Shown piece by piece: positions 55,464-62,290 of a stretch of DNA of 64,000 nt (its first letter is position 1; every line of letters starts with the position of its first letter). The translations under genes and the position numbers were made by a program. Location of the stretch: the NCBI GenBank assembly GCA_963845425.1, contig CAWJSC010000002.1:193716-257715 (forward strand), given 5' to 3'. Source of the DNA: an uncultured Microthrixaceae bacterium. GTDB taxonomy: Bacteria > Actinomycetota > Acidimicrobiia > Acidimicrobiales > DATDAH01. Under the pieces are notes generated by a model that saw nothing but the letters and a program-made list of their open reading frames with translations, was not told the origin of the DNA and did no database searches.

Positions 55464-58196
55464 ATGCAGAGGTTCTGGTCGTGGCTGGCGGTCAAGCTCG
55501 GCAAGCACGCCGGGATCGTCTCGATCGTCGGCCTCATCGTGACCCTCGGCCTCGGCTACGGGATCACCCAGCTCGAGTTCGCCACCGGGCAGGACAGCTA
55601 CCTCAACGAGACCGATCAGGTCTACATCGACAACGTCGCCTACCAGGACCTCTTCGGCGGCCAGGCGATGCTCACCGTCATCACGATGGACGAGGGCCAC
55701 ACGGTCACCGAGCTGTTCGACGACTCGGGCCGGGCCCAGTTCGAGGAGCTCTACGACACCCTCACCGAGAGCGGCCGCTTCCAGTCGGTCATCACGCCCC
55801 TGGTGGCGCTCGAGTTCGACGACGCGCTGGTCTTCAGCGAGTCCGGCGACCCCACCCAGAGCATCGCCGGGGCGGCCGTACAGCGGGCTCTCGAGGAAGA
55901 GGAGCCCGGTTCCCCCGAAGCCGAGGCCCGCTTCGCCGACGCGCAGGAGACCCTCACCCGCCTCACGGCCGTGCCGGAGGCCGAGCGCACCCTCGACAAC
56001 CCGGAGTGGGTCGACTTCCTGCTCTTCGACAACCAGGGCGACATCCGTGTCTCCCTGCGGCCGTTCTTCCCCAGTCCCGACCACGCCCAGGTCATCGTCC
56101 GCCTGAAGGGCAACCTCTCCCTCGACGACGAGGGGGCCGACGCCGCCCTCGTCGAGGAGGCCGCGGCCCAGCTCGACTTCCAGGACGCCAGCACGGTCAC
56201 CACCGGCGCCCCCATCCTGCTCCGGGACATCAACGACTACCTGCGGGGCGGGATGCTGACCCTCGGCGCCATCGCCGTGGCGATCATGGCCGTGATCCTC
56301 CTCCTGCTCTTCGACGTCCGGTGGCGGCTCCTGCCGCTGTTCGTGATCATGATCGGGGTCATCTGGGCCTTCGGCCTGGCCGGCTACCTGGGCATCCCGC
56401 TCACCATCGTGACCATCGCCGGCCTCCCCGTGATGCTCGGCGTGGGCATCGACTACGCGATCCAGATGCACGCCCGGGTGGAGGAGGAGGTGGTGATCGA
56501 CCGCTCGGACCACCCGATCCAGGAGACCGCCCGGGGACTGTGTCCCGCCCTGCTGGTCGTCACCTTCGACGCCGTCTTCGCCTTCGCCGCCCTGCGCTTC
56601 GCGAAGGTGCCGATGATCCGGGACTTCGGCCTGTTGCTGGCCGTCGGCATCGCCGTCATCTGCCTGTGCTCGATCGTCGTGCCCCTCGCCGCCCTGGGCG
56701 CCCGAGAGTTCAAGTCCCCCACCAAGGGGGAGGACTTCCGAGAGGGGTTCCTCGGCCGCTTCACGCTCCGCCTCAGCTCGCTGCCGACCAAGGTCGCCCC
56801 GCCCCTGGCCATCGTCAGCGTCGTCGTCCTGGTGGGCGGCCTCTCGGTCGAGGACGAGCTGGTCCTGCAGACCGACCCCATCCAGTGGGTCAACCAGGAG
56901 TCCGGGACGATCGAGGACATCCGCCAGGTCGAGGCGGAGGTGGAGAGCTCGAGCGAGTTGGGCATGTACTTCACCGCCGACGACGTCTTCGCCGACGAGT
57001 TCGTCACCTTCATGCACGAGTTCACCGTCGAGCAGCTGCAGACCTACCCCGACGAGCTGTTGACGGCGTCGAGCATGGAAGCCACCGTGAGCGGGCTCCT
57101 CGAGGTGCCCGGGGCCAGCGACATCCCCCCGACGGGCGCCGAAGTGGCAGCCGCCTACGACGTGGCCCCCCGCGACATCCAGGTGGCCACCGTCAACGAC
57201 GACGGGACGGCGGCCAACCTCATCTTCCGCGCCGCCGCCGGCGACCTCGAGGAACGGGCCGTGGTCGTCCGGGAGATCCGGGACACCGTCACGCCGCCCG
57301 AGGGCGTGGTCGCCACCCCGTCGGGCCTGGCGGTGGTCGGGGTCGGGCTGATCGACAACCTCGAGGCCAACCGCGTCCTGCTGACCTATCTCTCGATCCT
57401 GTTCGTGGGCCTCTTCCTGGCTGTGCGGCTGCGGTCGGTCATCCGCTCGCTGCTCTCGCTGGTGCCCGTGCTCATCGCCGTCGGGGTCGCCTCCCTGGTC
57501 GCCTACGCGCTCGACCTGAAGCTGAGCCCCATGACCGCGGTCGGCGGGCCACTCGTGGTGGCGGCCTGCACCGAGTTCACGTCACTGATCCTGCTCCGCT
57601 TCGTCGAGGAGCGGCAGCGGGGCCTCGGCCCGCGCGAATCCATGAACGTGGCCGCCTCCCGGACGGGCCGGGCCTTCATCGTCTCCGGCCTCACCGCCAT
57701 CTCGGGCGTCGCCGTCCTGTCCTTCTCGTCGCTCCCGCTCCTGCGGGACTTCGGCCGCATCGTCGGCATGAACGTGGCCGTCGCCTTGATCAGCGCACTG
57801 GTCGTGCTCCCGCCGATGCTGGTCTGGGCCGAGCACCGGGGCTGGGTCACCCGCGGCCTGATCAAGCCCAAGGCGCCCCTCCTCGAGGGCCCCAGCACCG
57901 CCGCCGAGGTCCGAAGGCCGAAGCCGAAAGCGTGCCATCAGGCCCATAGGCGAGGCGGTGACCCGGGGCTGCGCAGCGGAGCGGAGCAGCAGGGACGACG
58001 ATCCACGAGGGCGACGCCCGAGTTGCTGAGCGCAGCGAAGCCACTCAAATGTGACAGAGCAGCGGGGACGACGATCCACGAGGGCGACGCCCGAGTTGCT
58101 GAGCGCAGCGAAGCCACTCGAGTGTCACAGAGCGTGGCTCGGCGGGGCCTGGTCGGCGGGTTCGAGGGGCTCGGGGGGTGCCGGGCGCTCCGGTAG
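55464..58196 (+). CDS. MMPL/RND-superfamily membrane transporter
   Basis: ATG 55464 (GGGGGGAG RBS) inside track ORF 55356..58196. Two 6-TM bundles (…LGAIAVAIMAVILLLLFDVRWRLLPLFVIMIGVIWAFGLAGYLGIPL…; …LLTYLSILFVGLFLAVRLRSVIRSLLSLVPVLIAVG…) with two large loops. The last ~80 codons run through a 73-bp tandem repeat and are probably not conserved. Confidence 0.85.
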   Translation: MQRFWSWLAVKLGKHAGIVSIVGLIVTLGLGYGITQLEFATGQDSYLNETDQVYIDNVAYQDLFGGQAMLTVITMDEGHTVTELFDDSGRAQFEELYDTLTESGRFQSVITPLVALEFDDALVFSESGDPTQSIAGAAVQRALEEEEPGSPEAEARFADAQETLTRLTAVPEAERTLDNPEWVDFLLFDNQGDIRVSLRPFFPSPDHAQVIVRLKGNLSLDDEGADAALVEEAAAQLDFQDASTVTTGAPILLRDINDYLRGGMLTLGAIAVAIMAVILLLLFDVRWRLLPLFVIMIGVIWAFGLAGYLGIPLTIVTIAGLPVMLGVGIDYAIQMHARVEEEVVIDRSDHPIQETARGLCPALLVVTFDAVFAFAALRFAKVPMIRDFGLLLAVGIAVICLCSIVVPLAALGAREFKSPTKGEDFREGFLGRFTLRLSSLPTKVAPPLAIVSVVVLVGGLSVEDELVLQTDPIQWVNQESGTIEDIRQVEAEVESSSELGMYFTADDVFADEFVTFMHEFTVEQLQTYPDELLTASSMEATVSGLLEVPGASDIPPTGAEVAAAYDVAPRDIQVATVNDDGTAANLIFRAAAGDLEERAVVVREIRDTVTPPEGVVATPSGLAVVGVGLIDNLEANRVLLTYLSILFVGLFLAVRLRSVIRSLLSLVPVLIAVGVASLVAYALDLKLSPMTAVGGPLVVAACTEFTSLILLRFVEERQRGLGPRESMNVAASRTGRAFIVSGLTAISGVAVLSFSSLPLLRDFGRIVGMNVAVALISALVVLPPMLVWAEHRGWVTRGLIKPKAPLLEGPSTAAEVRRPKPKACHQAHRRGGDPGLRSGAEQQGRRSTRATPELLSAAKPLKCDRAAGTTIHEGDARVAERSEATRVSQSVARRGLVGGFEGLGGCRALR
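57984..58134. repeat. 73-bp tandem direct repeat (2 copies plus 5 nt)
   Basis: Unit 57984-58056 versus 58057-58129 shows 69 of 73 identical positions (GAGCAGC[A/G]GGGACGACGATCCACGAGGGCGACGCCCGAGTTGCTGAGCGCAGCGAAGCCACTC...). The period is not a multiple of 3. Confidence 0.9.
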
Positions 58197-58757
58197 GGGC
58201 TCGTACACCGCCATCACGAAGCGATTGGCCTTCTTGCCGGGATTGGCGTAGCGGTGGGCGACGTCGGACTCGAAGTGGATGGTGTCGCCCTCGGCGAGGA
58301 CGTGCTCCTCCTCACCGGCGGTGACGGCCAGCTTCCCCTCCAGCACCGAGAGCATCTCGAAGGAGCCGACCGGGTGGGGAGCGCCGTCGAAGGACTCCCC
58401 CGCCGACAGGGACCAGTCCCAGAGCTCGACCACGTCCGGGGGGTCGGTGCCCATGAGGAACAGACCGCGCCCGCCGGCCGCGCTGCTCCACAGCGCGGGG
58501 GTGGCGTCGGCCCGCTTGACCCGGACCCGGGGCCCACTGGCCGACTCGATGAGGCTGTCCACCCCCACCCCCAGGGCGTCGGCCAGGCGGCAGAGGGTGG
58601 CGATGTTCGGGTTGGCCCGGGCCTGCTCGACGGCGATGACGGTGCCTTTGGCCACCGCGGCCCGCTCGGCCAGGGCCTCCAGGGTCATGTTCCGCCGGAG
58701 GCGCAGGCGACGGACGTTGCGACCGAGATCGGCGGCCAGCTGCTCGGGATCCTGCAC
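58125..58757 (-). CDS. XRE-family HTH regulator with C-terminal cupin domain
   Basis: 210 aa, GTG start with a GGAGGAGG RBS. HTH_3: LGRNVRRLRLRRNMTLEALAERAAVAKGTVIAVEQARANPNIATLCRLADAL. Cupin: HPVGSFEMLSVLEGKLAVTAGEEEHVLAEGDTIHFESDVAHRYAN. Confidence 0.9.
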   Translation of the reverse strand: MQDPEQLAADLGRNVRRLRLRRNMTLEALAERAAVAKGTVIAVEQARANPNIATLCRLADALGVGVDSLIESASGPRVRVKRADATPALWSSAAGGRGLFLMGTDPPDVVELWDWSLSAGESFDGAPHPVGSFEMLSVLEGKLAVTAGEEEHVLAEGDTIHFESDVAHRYANPGKKANRFVMAVYEPLPERPAPPEPLEPADQAPPSHAL

Positions 58758-58830
58758 GGCGCCTCCTCCGGTCGGTACAACACAGCATACTCATGTGGTC
58801 ACTCCGCTGTACTTACGGTAGGGTTCACTT

Positions 58831-58852
58831 CACTGGACTGATTAGTCCAATG
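58831..58852. promoter_or_regulatory. Imperfect 22-bp palindrome in the AT-richer XRE-cupin / EamA divergent intergenic region (candidate operator)
   Basis: In CACTGGACTGATTAGTCCAATG, 9 of 11 positions pair. The core is TGGACT-GATT-AGTCCA. Confidence 0.4.
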
Positions 58853-58877
58853 ATCTGACCGAGTAGGGAGCGGAGCA

Positions 58878-59705
58878 ATGGCGTTGTTGTTGGCCGTGGG
58901 CGCAGGATTGTCCTTCGGGACGGCCGACTTCGTCGGGGGCCTGGCCGCGAAGCGATCGCCGGCGACCACGGTCACCGTGCTGTCGCAGGTGGCCGGCTTC
59001 GTGGTGCTGCTCGCCGTGCTCCCGTTCCTGGGCGGCACCCCGTCGGCCGGCGCCCTCGGGTTCGGCGCACTGGCCGGCATCGCCGGGAGCCTCGGCCTGG
59101 TGGCCTACCTCCGTGCCCTCGCCACCGGCCCGATGGGACTGGTCGCCCCGATCACCTCGATCACCGCCGTGGCCGTGCCCGTGGTGGCCGGCCTGGTCGC
59201 GGGCGAGCGCCTGTCGGTGATGGCCACCGGCGGCCTGGTGCTCGGCCTGGTGGCGATCGGCATCGTCGCCGGCGGGGGCGGTCGCACCCGATCCGCCGGG
59301 TCCACCGGACCGCTCCTGGCTGTCGTCGGCGGCCTCCTCGTCGGCAGCTTCCTGGTGCTGCTCGACCAGACCCCCACGACATCGGGCCTGTGGCCGCTGG
59401 TCGGCGCCCGACTGGCCTCGCTGGCCATGCTCGGTCTGTGGGCGTTCGCCACTCGGGCGGAGCTGCCCAGCCGAGTCGACCTCCGCCTGATCGTGGGGTC
59501 GGGCGTCATGGACATGACCGCCAATGTGCTCTTCCTGATGGCCACCCGGGCGGCCCCCCTCACCGTGACCTCCCTCCTGGTCTCGATGTCACCGGTGGTC
59601 ATCGTCCTGCTCGCCCGCCAGGTCCTGGCCGAGCGCCTCCATCGCTCCCAGGTCGCCGCCGTCGCCCTCAGCCTCGTGGCCGTCGCCGCCGTCACCGTCG
59701 GCTGA
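58878..59705 (+). CDS. EamA/DMT-superfamily transporter
   Basis: 275 aa, about 9-10 TM helices, G/A/L/V-rich with two EamA-like halves. Divergent from the XRE-cupin gene. Confidence 0.8.
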   Translation: MALLLAVGAGLSFGTADFVGGLAAKRSPATTVTVLSQVAGFVVLLAVLPFLGGTPSAGALGFGALAGIAGSLGLVAYLRALATGPMGLVAPITSITAVAVPVVAGLVAGERLSVMATGGLVLGLVAIGIVAGGGGRTRSAGSTGPLLAVVGGLLVGSFLVLLDQTPTTSGLWPLVGARLASLAMLGLWAFATRAELPSRVDLRLIVGSGVMDMTANVLFLMATRAAPLTVTSLLVSMSPVVIVLLARQVLAERLHRSQVAAVALSLVAVAAVTVG

Positions 59706-59757
59706 CCCGCCCGGTCCAGGAGGCCGACGACGACGCCGGCCGGGCCAGAACAGGGGG

Positions 59758-60978
59758 TCAGGGCTCGTCGGGGACCTGGAACCGCTCCTGGTAGGTCTGG
59801 AAGCGGGCCCGCTCCTCGGCGGGGTCGAGGCCGAAGTCCTCGAGGGCGTAGCGGTGGATGCCGTGCTTGTCCTGGGGCCGGGCGGCCAGGTAGTCGGCCA
59901 TGGCCTGGCGGGTCGAGGCCGAGCAGTCCCACGCGAACTGGTCGTACACGCCGGCCACCGCGTTGACCGGGTCGGCCAGGAGGTCCGCGTAGCGGATGTC
60001 GGCGAACTGGGCATCGGGCAGACGGCCGGAGGCCCGGCCCTCGACGACACCCTCCAGGAGCGCCCCGAAGCCCCAGGCCAGGAGGGGGGCGGTGGCCACG
60101 GGGTCGGTGTGGTTGCTGCGCATCCACCTGAGCGTGGCCATCAGGCTGAGCGTGGACGGCACGGTCTTCAGCGGGTCCCGGTGGACGTGGACGATGCGGG
60201 CGTCGGGATAGACGGCGAAGAGGGCGTCGAGGGTGGCCAGGTGGCTCGGCGCCTTGAGCAGCCAGCGCTCCCCCGGCGCCCGGGCCTGGAGGGTCTGCAG
60301 GATGCGCCGGTGGTAGCGGTAGGCGTCGGTGTGATCGGCGCCGACCAGGTGCATCGTGTAGCTGGGCACCTCGTGGACCCCGCCCCAGTGGTCCGAGAGG
60401 AACTCGTTCATGGTGGCGAAGATGCACTCGTTGGGGAGCTCACCTGCGTTGTGGTGCATCGCCTCGTACTCGGGCTGCACGTCGGGCCAGAAGGCATGGG
60501 TGGCGTCGCCCCAGGCTTCGGCCTCCCCCCGACCGTGGGCGGGGTGGAGCAGTTCCCAGGTGGCGGGCGCCCGGTGCGAAGGGTCGGTGGCCAGGATCTC
60601 GTGGAGGATCGAGGTGCCCGAGCGGGCCATGCCGATGACGAACACGGGCGCGGCCACCGGCTGGTCGAGGACCGTTGGGTTCTCGCACCAGAGGTCCGCC
60701 AGCTCCAGCCGGTTGCGCAGTGAGCGCAGGATCTCGGTCCGGGCCATGAGGCGCCCGACCAGGTGGAGGTCGCTCTCCGCCTCCAGCGCGGCCAGGAGCA
60801 CGTCGTAATGGGGTCGCCAGGTCGACCCCCCGAAGTCCTCGAGCCCGGTGGACGTCGTGGCCGTGGTGATCAGCTCCTCGGGGTCGAGCCCGACCAGGTG
60901 GCCGGCGCCCCCGACGGCGTCTCCGTGGGCGTTGAGCCGCTCCACCCACAGCGGCCGGTCCGGAGGCGTCCAGGTCAC
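59758..60978 (-). CDS. Sulfotransferase family protein
   Basis: Track ORF 59758..61518 trimmed to GTG 60978 (GTGA overlap with the upstream stop). 5'-PSB loop VFVIGMARSGTSILHEIL and a 3'-PB-like segment RWLLKAPSHLATL...VHRDP. Confidence 0.8.
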   Translation of the reverse strand: MTWTPPDRPLWVERLNAHGDAVGGAGHLVGLDPEELITTATTSTGLEDFGGSTWRPHYDVLLAALEAESDLHLVGRLMARTEILRSLRNRLELADLWCENPTVLDQPVAAPVFVIGMARSGTSILHEILATDPSHRAPATWELLHPAHGRGEAEAWGDATHAFWPDVQPEYEAMHHNAGELPNECIFATMNEFLSDHWGGVHEVPSYTMHLVGADHTDAYRYHRRILQTLQARAPGERWLLKAPSHLATLDALFAVYPDARIVHVHRDPLKTVPSTLSLMATLRWMRSNHTDPVATAPLLAWGFGALLEGVVEGRASGRLPDAQFADIRYADLLADPVNAVAGVYDQFAWDCSASTRQAMADYLAARPQDKHGIHRYALEDFGLDPAEERARFQTYQERFQVPDEP

Positions 60979-62183
60979 TGGTAGCGGGCCAGGACGGCGC
61001 GACGGCGGGCCGCGAGCTGCTCGACCCGCGCCGCGGCCGAGACGACCGGATGGCCGGGAGGGAGGTGGTCCCGCACGCCCGTCACGGGCACCACCACGGC
61101 GTCGGGCACGGGTCGGCTGCGGGTCCCGACATAGCGGTAGACCAGCAGGCCCTCGGGCCGGCCCTCGGTGTCGATCCAGTTGGGGACACCCGGGTCGGTG
61201 GCCGCGAGCACGAGACGGACGCGCCCGTCGGGGTCGACGTGCGCCTGGGTGCCGTTGGTGCTGGTCAGGTGATCGGCGAAGTCCCCCGAGTCCATGCGGT
61301 GGCGGTGGTGGACGGTCCAGCCCCAGTAATCGGCGTCGGGCCGGTGGTGGCTGATGACCAGGGCCTCGTCGGGACCCAGGGCCCACCAGCCGCCGCCGTA
61401 GGCGATGTTGGGGGCGCCGCCCGGCGGGGTGTTCGGTGGGCCGAAGGCGTTGTGGGCCATCGCCCCCCGGGCGCCCTCCATGTAGTCGGACCAGAACGTG
61501 GCCGACGCCTCGACCCACGCCGCGGCCTGGTCCAGCGCCCCCGCCACGGTCTCGTCGCTCAGCGGCGGCGGGGGCGTCCCCCTCGTGTCCAGCCGTTCGA
61601 GGTGCAGGGTGGCGATCCGGTCCTGCTCCCAGTCCACCTGGTACTGCCGGACCAGCAGCTGGGTGGCGCCCGGGTCGGTGGCCAGCCAGTTCCCGGGGTG
61701 CTCGTCGGGGGAGATCCAGACCTCCAGGAGGCCGTCGTCGCCGACGGTCAGCTCCGACAGCGTCTTCTCGGACCAGACACCGAAGGCGCCCAGGTGCATG
61801 TCGCCCTCGACCAACGAGACGATCGCCTCACGGACCCCGGTGACGTCGCCCCACAGCCGGTAGGTGGCGGCCGGGTCGATAGGCGCCCGAAGGTAGACGT
61901 TGTCGGGGTTGGGGCCGCCCCACTGGACCCAGGGTTCCTCGTAGCGGTGGAACGACGGATGGGCCGGATCCCCGTGCTCGAGGTGGCCCTGGAGGGCCAT
62001 GACCACCTGCCGGGCCAGGTGGCGGACGCCGTCGGCCCGGGACGCGGGGTCCTCGGGAAGGGTCTGGCCCAGCGCAGCCAGCCGTGTGCAGAAGTCCGAC
62101 CAGGCGGTGGCCGCGGCGTCGGTCACGGGCGCAGGCCGCGAGGCAGTCGAGACCTCGCCGCCGCTGCCGCGAGGACCTCCCAC
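60975..62183 (-). CDS. DUF1214-like conserved protein
   Basis: 402 aa as in the track; an alternative GTG start lies at 62126. Sequence: ...WVQWGGPNPDNVYLRAPIDP...WISPDEHPGNWL...DADYWGWTVHHR... The family assignment is from memory only. Confidence 0.65.
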   Translation of the reverse strand: MGGPRGSGGEVSTASRPAPVTDAAATAWSDFCTRLAALGQTLPEDPASRADGVRHLARQVVMALQGHLEHGDPAHPSFHRYEEPWVQWGGPNPDNVYLRAPIDPAATYRLWGDVTGVREAIVSLVEGDMHLGAFGVWSEKTLSELTVGDDGLLEVWISPDEHPGNWLATDPGATQLLVRQYQVDWEQDRIATLHLERLDTRGTPPPPLSDETVAGALDQAAAWVEASATFWSDYMEGARGAMAHNAFGPPNTPPGGAPNIAYGGGWWALGPDEALVISHHRPDADYWGWTVHHRHRMDSGDFADHLTSTNGTQAHVDPDGRVRLVLAATDPGVPNWIDTEGRPEGLLVYRYVGTRSRPVPDAVVVPVTGVRDHLPPGHPVVSAAARVEQLAARRRAVLARYQ

Positions 62184-62290
62184 ACTCGCATGGCTGTCGA
62201 AGGTAGTCGCTCGTCGAAGGGCCGGCGGCGGCCCCGTGGGGCCGAAACGCCCCGCAGGGCGGCCCCCGGGCGCTCGTAGCCTGACGGGCC

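Noticed and set aside
55251-57017. 588-aa minus-strand ORF antisense to the MMPL gene; also the plus-frame ORF 55430..57949 (839 aa)
   Set aside because: Both are R/G/P/D-rich with no TM pattern. Frame 55464..58196 gives the 12-TM MMPL topology.
57984-58134. Possible CRISPR array
   Set aside because: There are only two directly abutting 73-bp copies with no spacers and no cas genes. This is a tandem duplication, not a CRISPR.
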